A stretch of 64,000 nucleotides of DNA from the IMG/VR virus record IMGVR_UViG_3300027804_000002. One strand, written 5' to 3'. The translations under genes were made by a program, and so were the position numbers. Positions 36,538 through 46,804 of this stretch are shown here, piece by piece (positions within the stretch are counted from its first letter, which is position 1; every line of letters begins with the position of its first letter). The notes under the pieces are model-generated. The model saw nothing but the letters and a program-made list of their open reading frames with translations. It made no database searches and was not told the DNA's origin. This DNA is from an uncultured virus (IMG/VR IMGVR_UViG_3300027804_000002) (Duplodnaviria > Heunggongvirae > Uroviricota > Caudoviricetes).

Positions 36538-37641
36538 TTATAGCTCCGCACTTGCTCTAATTGTTACATTTCCATTTGGGTATAACCAAGTAGCATTACC
36601 TTGCACAAAAGATGCTGAATAAGATCCCCCTGATATTACAAAATTATTTACACTAGGATTATTAACTGTATTTGTTCCTGTTGATGCTGGATAACTACCA
36701 GAGCTTGTTAAAAATGATATTGTTCCTGATGTTTGTCCAGCGGAGGGTAAAGTAATCGTTGGATTTGAACGCATTGTTTGTAACAAAATTATTGTACATT
36801 CTTGATTAGTTGTTGAAGTGCATAAACCAATAGCCAGTATTGAGTTAGCAGTATAAGCAATGGATTGATAATAGCGATAGCAAAGACTTAACTCAGTTCC
36901 ATAAGGTCTGTAATCAAAGCTAGTAGCTGTAGAGCCTACCTCTAGCTGAACTCCTGTGATGTAGAAAGTTGCTCCTGCGGTAGAAATAGTGTTTACAGTT
37001 CCGTTTAGAGCATAAAAATCACCACTTACCCAAGTATTTGCAGTAGAAGTGTAATAAGTAGAACCCATGCCTAAACTAAAGTTAACTTGAATACCAGTAG
37101 CATTAGTTGTATTTATTGCTCCACCAGTAGTTAACGGCGGTATAGTTACTGTAATGTACTGCCAAGTATTTGCAGTAGTTAAACTAAAAGAAGTGGCATA
37201 AGAATAAGCACCACCACCCGGTTTTAACAATAATGTATAAGAGCCAACAATTGAAGCGTATGCCCAAAATGAAACTGTTACTGTTTTTCCATTAGCAGTG
37301 CCCCAGTTTAAATCAGCAGAGTTATAACCTTCTACAGTTGTACCAAACCAAAAATAATCACCCGAAGCAATAGTTACTGCGGAAGTAGTTGTAAATCCTA
37401 AATAGTTTGTAAACCCCGCTGGTGGGGTTACTGAACCAGCGTTTTGTTGAACTGTAAATTTAGATGCTTGAGAACTATTTTGCCGCCATCTATCAACAGA
37501 ATATTGTGAGCTTCCATTATTTGTTAAACTAGCACCAGCATTACGCTGGTCAATCACCATCGCACCATTGATGATTCTATTTTTGAAACCCTGAGATACC
37601 CCTGTTGAGGCTTGTTGGGCTAAGGCTACGGCTTGTGTCAT
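36538..37641 (-). CDS. Tail fibre / receptor-binding module, type A
   Basis: 'FKNRIING...VQLEVG...ELSLCYRYY...SAEL'. Confidence 0.7.
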   Translation of the reverse strand: MTQAVALAQQASTGVSQGFKNRIINGAMVIDQRNAGASLTNNGSSQYSVDRWRQNSSQASKFTVQQNAGSVTPPAGFTNYLGFTTTSAVTIASGDYFWFGTTVEGYNSADLNWGTANGKTVTVSFWAYASIVGSYTLLLKPGGGAYSYATSFSLTTANTWQYITVTIPPLTTGGAINTTNATGIQVNFSLGMGSTYYTSTANTWVSGDFYALNGTVNTISTAGATFYITGVQLEVGSTATSFDYRPYGTELSLCYRYYQSIAYTANSILAIGLCTSTTNQECTIILLQTMRSNPTITLPSAGQTSGTISFLTSSGSYPASTGTNTVNNPSVNNFVISGGSYSASFVQGNATWLYPNGNVTIRASAEL

Positions 37642-37916
37642 TCTGTTGCTCCTTTAGGATACTTGGCTTTTACGGCTTGTACTTTAGCGAGCATCTCAGC
37701 AGCAGCCTCGCCACCTTTCCATAAAGCATCTAGTTGGTCCCCGATGGGTGGGTATTCTGCTTGGCGTTTGGCGATATACGAGTGGGCTTGTACGTAGGCT
37801 TCTACGGCAGCCTTGTCATAGGATACCTCGTTGCCGTCTTTGTCATAGGCGATGTCGCCTACTGTTTTTACAATTTGCGGATTAAGTTTAAAAATTGCGT
37901 AAGTAGTATTTATCAT
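37638..37916 (-). CDS. Fibre chaperone-like protein, type b
   Basis: Likely start at ATG 37916 (ATGA overlap). Confidence 0.6.
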   Translation of the reverse strand: MINTTYAIFKLNPQIVKTVGDIAYDKDGNEVSYDKAAVEAYVQAHSYIAKRQAEYPPIGDQLDALWKGGEAAAEMLAKVQAVKAKYPKGATE

Positions 37917-38896
37917 GCCGCAATCTCCATAAGGGTAAGTTGAAATGTATAAAATTGCCAAGGCACACCAGCACCACCAGCACTAAAATCTCCGACAATC
38001 GTATAAGAAATTGCACTAGTCGTAGCTGGAGAATCTAAATAGGTGTGGGTTGCTATTCCTCTTGTTCCGCTGGCTTCTTGATACCCTGTGGCATTACCCC
38101 AATTAGATACAATAGTTGAGCCATTTCTTAAAAGACTAACAAGAATATAGTTGCCTGAATTACCACCATTTCTTTCTACTGTGTAAGACATTAATGCCAA
38201 GACTTTGTTTGAAGCACTTGTAGGAGTAAAAGATTGTGTTAACAGAGTTAATGCAGAACTAGTTGAAGTGTAGTTTGCTGGTGCTTGCTGAGAAACCACT
38301 TGCACCACAGTACCTGCTGGTGCCCATGCACCACTAGCAGCCATCTTAGCCGCAGTTATTGCACCGTTATTAATGTACGAAGTCGTTACGGCATTTGCCA
38401 CCGCTGGGATCGCATTTAACACACTACTCACAAAGAACGACTCGGTGACCACCAAGTCGCCCGAAGATGCTGGGTTGGCTAGTACGACCGTCGTACCACT
38501 GGTCGCTGTGTAGTCAGATGTTCCCAGCAACGCGCCGTTACGGTAGACGTTGATGTAGCCTGCCGTGTAGCTTGGTACCGAGAAACTTGTCTGCCCTGCC
38601 GTTGCGGTGAACTCGGTGACCGTACGGTAGGCAGTAGTTGCCACGCCACTGGCGGGGATGCCTAGGAAGCGTACCGAGATGTTGCCCGTGCCCGATGGGG
38701 GCGCGGCAGAGAACGTGAGGGTGGTCCCGCTGACGGCGTAGGTCGTCGGGTCTTGTAAGACGCCCGAGACGGAGACAAGGATCGAGCTAGTCGTTGCGGG
38801 TGCGACAGATAACGTAAAGGCGGTCTGTGAACCGGTGCCATTAAATTGGTCTGTTATGAACGCCGCTGTGGTTGGTTGTGCGCCTATGTATGACAT
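37913..38896 (-). CDS. Tail fibre / receptor-binding module, type B with N-terminal anchor repeats
   Basis: 'MSYIG' N-terminus shared with 39860..41224; C-terminal 'LMEIAA'. Confidence 0.65.
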   Translation of the reverse strand: MSYIGAQPTTAAFITDQFNGTGSQTAFTLSVAPATTSSILVSVSGVLQDPTTYAVSGTTLTFSAAPPSGTGNISVRFLGIPASGVATTAYRTVTEFTATAGQTSFSVPSYTAGYINVYRNGALLGTSDYTATSGTTVVLANPASSGDLVVTESFFVSSVLNAIPAVANAVTTSYINNGAITAAKMAASGAWAPAGTVVQVVSQQAPANYTSTSSALTLLTQSFTPTSASNKVLALMSYTVERNGGNSGNYILVSLLRNGSTIVSNWGNATGYQEASGTRGIATHTYLDSPATTSAISYTIVGDFSAGGAGVPWQFYTFQLTLMEIAA

Positions 38897-38899
38897 AAG

Positions 38900-39157
38900 T
38901 TATTCCTTCGGGAAACGGTCTTTTACTGCTTGAATCTGGGCTTTCCATGCGTCTATGCCTTCATGGAAGATGGTGTCAAATTGGTCGGCAAACGATGGGT
39001 AAGCTGCGGCACGGAGGTCTTTATAGGCGTTAGCGTCTATATAAGCCTGAACTGCTGCCTTGTCGTACTGGACTTCGTTACCTTCTGCATCATAGGCAAT
39101 ATCACCACGAATGGTGACTACGGATGGGTTTAATGTGTATATGGCTTTGTGGTTCAT
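38900..39157 (-). CDS. Fibre chaperone-like protein, type b
   Basis: 'AYDAEGNEVQYDKAAV...RAAAYP'. Confidence 0.6.
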   Translation of the reverse strand: MNHKAIYTLNPSVVTIRGDIAYDAEGNEVQYDKAAVQAYIDANAYKDLRAAAYPSFADQFDTIFHEGIDAWKAQIQAVKDRFPKE

Positions 39158-39651
39158 GCCGCTATCTCCATAAGGGTAAATGAAGTAATAGTGCTGTTTG
39201 CATTTCCATTAGTAAAATTAAAATATGTTGTTCCACCGCTAGTAGCAAAATAAACTGTGTAAGTGGTTGAAGATGTTGTTGCTGGGGAATCTAAAAATGT
39301 TAAAGAAAGTAGACCACCTACAGTTCCTGCTGAACTATAAGGACCACCCATAATAGATGGAGAAGTTCCTGTGGCTAAATTAGTACCACCTCTGTAAACT
39401 GTATACATTCCACCAGTTGCTGTATTTCCTTGATATACATTTGAATTTAAAAGAATAAAAACTTTACTAGATGAACTTGTTGGAGTAATTGATGCACTAA
39501 TTCCTGTCGTTGTTAAGCTGGTTGAAGTTGTACTTACAGATGACCCTGAATAAACAGAATTAACCACTTGCAACACAGAACCCGCTGGCAACTTAGCTGC
39601 ACTCGGAACCCCGCTTGCCAAAGAAGCATTAATGATTTGACTAACAGCCAT
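39154..39651 (-). CDS. Tail fibre / receptor-binding module, type B
   Basis: 'GSVLQVV...DSPATTSSTTY...LMEIAA'. Confidence 0.65.
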   Translation of the reverse strand: MAVSQIINASLASGVPSAAKLPAGSVLQVVNSVYSGSSVSTTSTSLTTTGISASITPTSSSSKVFILLNSNVYQGNTATGGMYTVYRGGTNLATGTSPSIMGGPYSSAGTVGGLLSLTFLDSPATTSSTTYTVYFATSGGTTYFNFTNGNANSTITSFTLMEIAA

Positions 39652-39857
39652 TATGGTAACTCCTTAATAAAGTCTTTTGCCTGTTCTGCGGTCATGGTGT
39701 TGCCGTCTGCGTCTTGTAACTGCGCCTTGTCTTCGAGGATGGCGGTCTTGAAGTTAGCGTAGTCGGTGTTGGCTGGGTCGAATGGGATAGCCGTATTACC
39801 ATTTAAAATTACACTTGGTGGTTTTCCATTAGGTGCGTTTGGTGATAATTTATACAT
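39651..39857 (-). CDS. Fibre chaperone-like protein, type a
   Basis: 'IPFDPANTDY...FIKELP'. Confidence 0.6.
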   Translation of the reverse strand: MYKLSPNAPNGKPPSVILNGNTAIPFDPANTDYANFKTAILEDKAQLQDADGNTMTAEQAKDFIKELP

Positions 39858-39859
39858 TT

Positions 39860-41224
39860 TTATAGCTCCGCAGAAGCAGTTATATAAGCAGATGAAGTAA
39901 CTCCATTAACACCTAATGCTCCACCATATCCAGAAGAACTAGATGAAGTTGAAACATCAAGCCTACCAGCATATTGATTTGAATAGTTTGAAGCAATTCC
40001 TGTTACAGATGGATAGCCAAAGGTATTGATTTGTAAACTTGCTTGTGCAAAAGTGGGAGTTGCTCTCATTTGAACTGGATAAGGAATAAACGCAGAAAAA
40101 CTGGTAGAAGATAAAAATCCACCAGCACCTATATTCGCATATCCAGTTCCTGATGTTCCATAAATAGCCCAAAAATAGCGTTGGCAAAGTTGCAATTCAG
40201 CACCGTATGAACCACCCGCTGTTGTGAAGGTCGTTGCCTGTGTGCCTACTTCGAGTTGTACGCCTGTGAGGTAGAAGGTGGCTCCGTTTGTGCCGACTAC
40301 GGATGTTGCTCCTGTGGCTGATGTGTAAGTTGCTCCAGCCCATGCACCAGCCGTTCCGCTGTAAGTCGAACCAGCACCAAGACTTAAAAACACAAATAGC
40401 CCAATACCATTGGTTTTTAACCAAGTTCCAGATGTATCGCCAACAATGGTTATTGATTTTTGTTCCCAAGTGTTTGCTACGCTTATTGTGTAACTAAAGG
40501 GGAAAGAGCGATTAGCCGCGCTGTTATTTATAGACCCCCCAAAAGTTCCTGTCAGGCTTGAATAAACCCAAAATGACAAAGTAACTGTTTTAGCATTTGC
40601 AGTTCCCCAAGCCAAATCTGAAACATTAAATCCTTCAATTTTTTGTCGAACATAAAATAGTTCAGAGGCTCCTACGGTATACGCCGAAGAAGATGTCATT
40701 CCTAAATAATTTACAAACCCAACAGGAGGTGTAACAGAACCAGCGTTTTGTTGTGCTGTAAATTTTGATGCAACACTACCTGACATATCCCATCTATCAA
40801 CAGGAAACACATCCACAGTAGTATTACTAACACTAGCACCAGCATTACGCTGGTCAATCGCCATGTTGGAATTTATGATGCGGTTCTTAAAGCTAATACC
40901 CAAATCACCCTGAACATTACTGTCTAATGTATTCCAGCTAACAGTATTCTGACTTGGTGTAATTGCCTGAGTCGTGGTGCTGAGGTAACGCACGTAGACG
41001 TTCTGTGTGCCAGAGCTTGGAGCTGAGGTAAAGGTAATAGTCGTACCACTGATGGTGTACGCATCGTTAGGCACTTGTACTACGTTGTTGACTACCGCCT
41101 GAATGTCGTTAACAGAGGCTACCGTGCGGGATAAGGTAAACGCAGTCTGAGCGCCTGTGCCATTGAAGTAGTCAGTGCCAGAGATAAAACTCTGGGTGGT
41201 TGGTGTATTGCCAATATATGACAT
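39860..41224 (-). CDS. Tail fibre / receptor-binding module, type A
   Basis: 'FKNRIINS...VQLEVG...ELQLCQRYF...SAEL'. Confidence 0.7.
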   Translation of the reverse strand: MSYIGNTPTTQSFISGTDYFNGTGAQTAFTLSRTVASVNDIQAVVNNVVQVPNDAYTISGTTITFTSAPSSGTQNVYVRYLSTTTQAITPSQNTVSWNTLDSNVQGDLGISFKNRIINSNMAIDQRNAGASVSNTTVDVFPVDRWDMSGSVASKFTAQQNAGSVTPPVGFVNYLGMTSSSAYTVGASELFYVRQKIEGFNVSDLAWGTANAKTVTLSFWVYSSLTGTFGGSINNSAANRSFPFSYTISVANTWEQKSITIVGDTSGTWLKTNGIGLFVFLSLGAGSTYSGTAGAWAGATYTSATGATSVVGTNGATFYLTGVQLEVGTQATTFTTAGGSYGAELQLCQRYFWAIYGTSGTGYANIGAGGFLSSTSFSAFIPYPVQMRATPTFAQASLQINTFGYPSVTGIASNYSNQYAGRLDVSTSSSSSGYGGALGVNGVTSSAYITASAEL

Positions 41225-41234
41225 TATCTACCTC

Positions 41235-41561
41235 TTAGGTAATGTTAAGTACTGAAGTTACTACGTCAGCAGATGACGCGGCAGATGTAATCACCTTGAG
41301 CGCATCGCTGGTGATCATTACCGTCTTCTGATCGCCACCGACAACCACCAGAGAGCTACCGACGGGGACTACTGCGTCCTTGATGAGGTAGTAGTCTACC
41401 GCAGAACGTGTGATGTACGCGCTGGCGGTGATTGGTGATGTCGTGGTGTTTGCAAACGACAAACCAATGATGGTGGTCTGTGTGCTTGCGCCAACCGTCA
41501 CTACCGTGGCGGCAGAAGTGCCAACGTTTTTGTTAACGTAACTTGTAAATGTATTTGCCAT
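41235..41561 (-). CDS. Small virion structural protein
   Basis: Beta-rich, 108 aa, in the fibre module. Confidence 0.55.
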   Translation of the reverse strand: MANTFTSYVNKNVGTSAATVVTVGASTQTTIIGLSFANTTTSPITASAYITRSAVDYYLIKDAVVPVGSSLVVVGGDQKTVMITSDALKVITSAASSADVVTSVLNIT

Positions 41562-41570
41562 TTCTTTTCC

Positions 41571-41777
41571 TTATCCTAATGCGATTGCCATTGCTACGGC
41601 GGTTCCAGCGGGGTCATTTAACTGCACGATACTAGAACCCGCCGCGTTTTTAAAGTAAGCTACGCCATCGGCAATGTTTAATCCGAGTTCACCCAACACC
41701 AAGTTTCCAGTTGTTGGCTGTGTACTTGCCGTGCTGCTGTAGTATAAACTAATTGGTGTAAAACCTGCCTGTGCCAT
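41571..41777 (-). CDS. Small fibre-associated protein
   Basis: 'GELGLNIADG' and C-terminal 'AVAMAIALG'. Confidence 0.55.
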   Translation of the reverse strand: MAQAGFTPISLYYSSTASTQPTTGNLVLGELGLNIADGVAYFKNAAGSSIVQLNDPAGTAVAMAIALG

Positions 41778-41779
41778 AT

Positions 41780-42823
41780 CTATTCCTTATAATACTCAAG
41801 ATTTTTTAGTAATCTTTCGTCATTGGGTTCAAATTGTAATGCGTTGGTGCCGTGCCTAATTGCTTCTTCTTTAAATCCTAACCTATAGGCTGCGATTGCC
41901 GCCAAATCGTGCGGCCTTGCCTTCCAGTTGTTTGCATCAATGGTGTACGTGTAGGTACACTCTGTCAGCCTGAGTGCGTTACATGCCGCGCCGTAACACT
42001 CCTCCCATAATCCTTTTCTGTAGCACGCCTGTGCTAACTCACACCACGTCTCACGCACGCCCGGGTCTTCGGATACTGCACGACGGTACCAACCGATGCC
42101 GTCGTGTCCAAGGTTGTCGTAGCAGTTACCGATTAACCTAAATGCGTAGGCTCGTTCGTTGTTCCATGTCGCCTCTGGCATCGCCAAATACTTTTGCAGT
42201 GCCACAATCGCCTCTTGCCAACGCTGGTAGTATGTTAACTCCCTAGCGTAATAAAACGCATTGCGTGGGCAGCTTGGGTCTTCCTTGACCGACATCTCCA
42301 ACAGATCTAAGTACTGACCCCGTGACTTTGTCTCGTCGGGGTGGTGCGTAATCATCAACATCTCACTATACGCAAACACTTCCTTGGTCCGATGGTCTGG
42401 CCTAATGTACTCGTGGCACGGGTGGTGCCAGTGGTAACCCTTGCGGGTGTGTACCTTCGTACTGTAAAACACTTTACCGTGCCCCCAGTCAAACTTATAA
42501 CTGAGTCTGGTGGTCTCTGGTTTCCAGAGACACTCTAATTCTTCACGCCAGCCTGGCTCTAACTGCTCGTCTAAGTCTAGCGATATGCAGACATCGATGT
42601 CTGCGGGAAGTAGCGCCAAAGCGGCATTCCGAGCATGATCGAAGCGCCAAGGAGAAATGCAAATGCTATGAACAACAGCCCCATACTTTTTAGCCTCCTC
42701 GACCGTACCATCCGTAGAACCAGTGTCGGCGATCATAATATAATCCGCTAACTTACTGGACTCGCAGAATGTCTTTACAAACTGCTCTTCATTTTTGCTA
42801 ATCGCATATACGGCGATTTTCAT
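41780..42823 (-). CDS. GT2 glycosyltransferase with C-terminal TPRs
   Basis: 'ISKNEE', 'DTGSTDGT', 'FDHARNAAL', 'LDLDE', 'HPCHE'; TPR-like helices. Confidence 0.88.
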   Translation of the reverse strand: MKIAVYAISKNEEQFVKTFCESSKLADYIMIADTGSTDGTVEEAKKYGAVVHSICISPWRFDHARNAALALLPADIDVCISLDLDEQLEPGWREELECLWKPETTRLSYKFDWGHGKVFYSTKVHTRKGYHWHHPCHEYIRPDHRTKEVFAYSEMLMITHHPDETKSRGQYLDLLEMSVKEDPSCPRNAFYYARELTYYQRWQEAIVALQKYLAMPEATWNNERAYAFRLIGNCYDNLGHDGIGWYRRAVSEDPGVRETWCELAQACYRKGLWEECYGAACNALRLTECTYTYTIDANNWKARPHDLAAIAAYRLGFKEEAIRHGTNALQFEPNDERLLKNLEYYKE

Positions 42824-42836
42824 GTGCTACCCCTAA

Positions 42837-44435
42837 TTAAAATGTACCGCCACTCACTCCAATGTATGCCGTTGCGGTTATTGTACCAGCACTAAAGTCA
42901 CCGTTGGTATCGCGCTGTACCAGCGCGCTTGCGGTGTTAGCACTTGCTGCCACTAATGACGCACCCCACGCCGTGCCAGTAGATACTGCCACGCCAGCGG
43001 CTGGGTATGTCGTAGGTCCTGTCGGTCCCGTGTCGCCAGTTGGGCCCTGTGGTCCAGTCCATCCTGTCGGACCGGTTGGGCCTTGAGGTCCGGTGTCCCC
43101 CGTCGGACCAGTCGGTCCCTGAATGCCTTGCGGACCAGTCCATCCTGTTGGACCTGTAGGTCCCTGTATTCCTTGCGGACCTGTGGGACCTTGTGGTCCA
43201 GTGTCACCAGTTGGACCCTGTGGTCCTGTTGGTCCAACCACGTTAAACGCAATCGTCGTAACAACGTGTGACTGCGTGTTGTTGCGCATGTTCAAGGATG
43301 CGGTTGTGCTTCCTGTCTGACCTTGCACATAAACGTTAAGTAATATACGGCTGTTAACGGACGCTAGTGTAGATGTAGGAACATACAGATCATACTCGTA
43401 CAGAGAAAGAGTTGATGTTGCAACGAGGGTTCCAGACGCATAGTTTCCACTAGCAAGTGTCTGTAATACCGTCGTGCCGTCTGATGCAACCTCTTGGACC
43501 TCAGTCCAAAATCTAAATGTTGCCCCACCACCAGCGTGATTTATCCACCCATATAGTTCCCACAAGCCACCTGTGAAAGATGTGTTGTTAGGTACACCGG
43601 CAGCAGTTACAAACGAGCCAAGTAAAACCGGTGTGCTTGTATTTGTTGTTCTTGACAGTATTGTTTGCGCACCGGTGTTTGGCACCACTAATAAATTGTA
43701 TGCCTGTGGTCCAGTTGCCGTTGCACCATCAAGGAATAGTGTTAATCCTGTCGTCTGGCCTTGTGGTCCTGTCGGTCCTGTGACACCCTGTATACCTTGA
43801 GGTCCAGTGTCACCAGTTGGGCCAGTTGGTCCTTGTATCCCCTGCGGTCCAGTAGGCCCTTGTGGTCCAGTGTCACCAGTGGGACCTTGAATTCCCTGCG
43901 GGCCAGTTGGACCCTGAATGCCTTGCGGACCAGTTGGTCCTTGTGGACCAGTGTCGCCTGTCGGACCAATTGAACCCGTGTCGCCTGTCGGTCCTACGGG
44001 ACCTATTGGCCCAGTTGGTCCTTGTATTCCTTGCGGTCCCTGTGGTCCTGTGGGACCTACTACGCCCTGTGGTCCAGTATCGCCTGTCGGTCCAGTATCG
44101 CCTGTCGGTCCAGTCCAGCCTGTTGGGCCTGTTGGACCTTGAATACCTGTTGGCCCCGTAGGTCCAGTTCCTGTTGCGCCCGTTGCGCCGGTTGGGCCAG
44201 TTGGGCCCGGACTACCTGTTGGCCCCGTAGGTCCGGTTCCTGTTGCACCGGTTGCACCGGTTGGGCCAGTCGGTCCGGCGTTGCCCTGCGGTCCTGTTGG
44301 ACCAGTTGGGCCACCAAGATTAGAAATATCTTGGAGCTGGGTCTGCTTAGTGATCCCGTTTTGGACAACAACAGTAACTTCGTTACCTGTTAACGGTCCC
44401 GCTACTTGTAGTTGTGTTATTGAACGGTCTGCCAT
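42837..44435 (-). CDS. Collagen-like fibre protein
   Basis: Two long Gly-X-Y blocks dominated by GPT, GPQ and GDT, flanking a globular insert. Confidence 0.9.
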   Translation of the reverse strand: MADRSITQLQVAGPLTGNEVTVVVQNGITKQTQLQDISNLGGPTGPTGPQGNAGPTGPTGATGATGTGPTGPTGSPGPTGPTGATGATGTGPTGPTGIQGPTGPTGWTGPTGDTGPTGDTGPQGVVGPTGPQGPQGIQGPTGPIGPVGPTGDTGSIGPTGDTGPQGPTGPQGIQGPTGPQGIQGPTGDTGPQGPTGPQGIQGPTGPTGDTGPQGIQGVTGPTGPQGQTTGLTLFLDGATATGPQAYNLLVVPNTGAQTILSRTTNTSTPVLLGSFVTAAGVPNNTSFTGGLWELYGWINHAGGGATFRFWTEVQEVASDGTTVLQTLASGNYASGTLVATSTLSLYEYDLYVPTSTLASVNSRILLNVYVQGQTGSTTASLNMRNNTQSHVVTTIAFNVVGPTGPQGPTGDTGPQGPTGPQGIQGPTGPTGWTGPQGIQGPTGPTGDTGPQGPTGPTGWTGPQGPTGDTGPTGPTTYPAAGVAVSTGTAWGASLVAASANTASALVQRDTNGDFSAGTITATAYIGVSGGTF

Positions 44436-44445
44436 TTAGGTCTCT

Positions 44446-44793
44446 TTATGTTTTTATATCGCCAGACTCGCCAGCGTTTGGTGGTGTGCCATCAATAAAG
44501 AAGCTGTCGTATTGCGTGGTTTGATTTGGGTTGCCCTGTGTAACTAATTGTTGGCCACCAATTGGGCCAGTAGCAACACTCTGATCTGGGCGGGGGAAAC
44601 GCAACGCAATGTTTTCTGTTTGACGCGCTGGTAATCTCCAGGGGTCATAGTTATCTTTATCTGCCGCGCACACGCGCATGCCCGGAAAATTAGGGTCGGG
44701 CATTAATTCTGTGTACGCAAATTTCCTGTTGCAGCGATCACAGATCGCCACAGACAGGACACTGTTACCCCGAGTGTCGAGGTATACAGGCAT
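44446..44793 (-). CDS. Hypothetical virion-module protein with CxxC
   Basis: 'AICDRCNRKF'. Confidence 0.6.
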   Translation of the reverse strand: MPVYLDTRGNSVLSVAICDRCNRKFAYTELMPDPNFPGMRVCAADKDNYDPWRLPARQTENIALRFPRPDQSVATGPIGGQQLVTQGNPNQTTQYDSFFIDGTPPNAGESGDIKT

Positions 44794-45095
44794 TACTTAA
44801 CTCCGGATTGAATTACTGTAAGTGTGTCACCTTCGGCTGCACCAGATAAACGGATAGCACGATACGGCTGTGCTAAAAAAGTTGCGGTGTTTGGTGCTGT
44901 TGTGGGTGCAGTAATCCAAGTAAAGGTAGCAGAAACAAAGTTACCGTTTTCGACGGGATATGGATCCGTTGCTGTTGCTTGAACAACACCAGATCCAGTC
45001 TTTGAATATGTTACCTGAAACGGGGCAATGTATTGGTCGAGTACAACTGGAGTACTTACTCCAGTTGCATCAGCCGTCACGGTTACTTGACGCAT
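44793..45095 (-). CDS. Hypothetical structural protein
   Basis: Beta-rich, 100 aa, in the head module. Confidence 0.55.
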   Translation of the reverse strand: MRQVTVTADATGVSTPVVLDQYIAPFQVTYSKTGSGVVQATATDPYPVENGNFVSATFTWITAPTTAPNTATFLAQPYRAIRLSGAAEGDTLTVIQSGVK

Positions 45096-45108
45096 GATTG
45101 GCTCCTAA

Positions 45109-45681
45109 TTAGTTATTGGTGTAACCAGAACCGTAGGCGATGATAGAACCGTCATTGTTACGTGCAGTGTAGTTAACATCCAACGTGCCACCCAAAGAAC
45201 CGCTTGACAATGTTGTCACAGAGGCCGCAGAGAATGTCAATGTGGCGTCAAGTGGTCCAATGTTACCAATGATAGCTGCGGTTGCTGCGGTTGCAGTAAA
45301 CACACCAGCGATACGGCCGCCGGCCGCTGTTGGGGTAATTGTGCCGAGAGCGGTAGTGGTTATAGCACCAGTTGTTGGGTTGGTGATGCTGATAGACATT
45401 GTAATTACGCCACCAACGAGACCACCAGCGGCTACGTCTTGGTACAGCGAGAATGACTCGATAATAGAGCCGGCTGGCAATACAAAAGGAACTGCTGTGG
45501 TTGTACCAACGGGGGCGGTTGTTAATGCAGTTGCTGCACCAGTGGTTGTAGTAATTGGATTTAAAATTACATCTTGTTGACTTAGACGTACGGCGCCAGT
45601 ATTATCTGGGGCGATTGTGCCGTCGTTGGTTGGGTTGTTACGCTTAAATACACGAATGGGGGATGTAAATGTGCTAGACAT
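45109..45681 (-). CDS. Putative capsid decoration protein
   Basis: Thr/Ala/Gly-rich; 'LPAGSII' pattern; follows the capsid gene with its own promoter. Confidence 0.55.
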   Translation of the reverse strand: MSSTFTSPIRVFKRNNPTNDGTIAPDNTGAVRLSQQDVILNPITTTTGAATALTTAPVGTTTAVPFVLPAGSIIESFSLYQDVAAGGLVGGVITMSISITNPTTGAITTTALGTITPTAAGGRIAGVFTATAATAAIIGNIGPLDATLTFSAASVTTLSSGSLGGTLDVNYTARNNDGSIIAYGSGYTNN

Positions 45682-45778
45682 TATTTGATTCCTTATCTCA
45701 GTGGGTATCCCAAGCTGTCTCTGAGTCGTCTCACCGGGAAGTAACGGCGGTCAGAATGGGATTATTCTTCCTATAACT

Positions 45779-45808
45779 ACTAATGCAAATTAAATAGAAA
45801 AACCGCCC
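45779..45808 (-). promoter_or_regulatory. Late-type promoter GGGCG-N15-TTGCATTAGT
   Basis: Exact consensus match. Confidence 0.75.
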
Positions 45809-45815
45809 CAAATAG

Positions 45816-45844
45816 TAAAAAAGCCACCCTTGTGGGGTGGCTTT
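45816..45844 (-). terminator. Intrinsic terminator after the major capsid gene
   Basis: AAAGCCACCC/GGGTGGCTTT stem followed by a T run on the - strand. Confidence 0.75.
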
Positions 45845-45863
45845 ATGACTACGGAGGTGTTGC

Positions 45864-46781
45864 TTAGACGCCTTGCGTACCGAAAATGTTACGCGCATCG
45901 TGCCAGCCGGTCGCATAACGCTCGGTGGCTTTGTAGCGCATAGAATCAGTCTCGAAGTCGCCTTCCATGGATTTCTCCATTGGACGACGCATTACGAGCA
46001 TGAGACCATTCTCAGCATCGGTCTGTACCCACCATGCCTTGGAAGAGCTCAAACGAGTTACAACGTGTGTACCCTTTGGTAGCATACCAGTAGACTTGAT
46101 TGGGTTGAGATCGTTGTCAGCAGTACCAGAACGGAGAACAGACTTGAGGATTACCTCTGCCTGGAACTCGAGTGCTGGGGGTACTACTAACTGCTCGGCC
46201 TTTAAGCGAATACGCTTACCGTTGTTGTCGATTGCAGAACGGATCTGGATGAGGATTTGCTCAACAGAAGTCTGCGACAAAGCGGCAGGGGTAGTCAACT
46301 TGTTGCTATAGGTAAGACCGTTAGCTACAGGGTGAGCTGTGTTTACTAAAGTTACGCCGTCACCACCGGTATAGCCGGCAGTAAATGCAAAGTTTAGTAA
46401 GTTAGCGCACAATGTCTCTTTGGTCTCAATCATAGACTGAGCCAAGTGCTTGGCGAAGGTGCTGCCGATACGGATGTGATCACCGTCTTCCATCAATACC
46501 TTGGTCAAGGCATATGCCAAGCCATAGATTTGATAGATGAAGCGAGTGATGTACAAAGTACCGCCCTGATCATAGCTGACAGGAGTTCCGTCAGGCATAG
46601 CAGGAGCTGCATTCATACCGTACAGCATTACTTCTTCGTGATAATTACGTGGAATACCTTGGATCTGTTCTACAAATCCCTTCCACTCGTCAGCGCGTTG
46701 TTCATAAACGCCATCAAAGACTTCGTTGATAATCGGCTCGACTACCGCACGAAAGTCTGTACTGCGCATTGGGGTTGCCAT
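45864..46781 (-). CDS. Major capsid protein
   Basis: 305 aa; 'GGDGVTLVNTAHP', 'LVVPPALEF', 'GDFETDSMRYKATERY'; strong codon bias. Confidence 0.85.
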   Translation of the reverse strand: MATPMRSTDFRAVVEPIINEVFDGVYEQRADEWKGFVEQIQGIPRNYHEEVMLYGMNAAPAMPDGTPVSYDQGGTLYITRFIYQIYGLAYALTKVLMEDGDHIRIGSTFAKHLAQSMIETKETLCANLLNFAFTAGYTGGDGVTLVNTAHPVANGLTYSNKLTTPAALSQTSVEQILIQIRSAIDNNGKRIRLKAEQLVVPPALEFQAEVILKSVLRSGTADNDLNPIKSTGMLPKGTHVVTRLSSSKAWWVQTDAENGLMLVMRRPMEKSMEGDFETDSMRYKATERYATGWHDARNIFGTQGV

Positions 46782-46804
46782 TTGCTAGTTCCTTTCGTTA
46801 AATG

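Noticed and set aside
35505..41224. Diversity-generating retroelement or invertible shufflon
   Set aside because: No reverse transcriptase or recombinase is present, all cassettes are co-oriented, and I saw no repeat pair differing only at adenines.
42862..44393. Multiple antisense and alternate-frame ORFs over the collagen gene
   Set aside because: They are shadows of the Gly-Pro-X codon periodicity.
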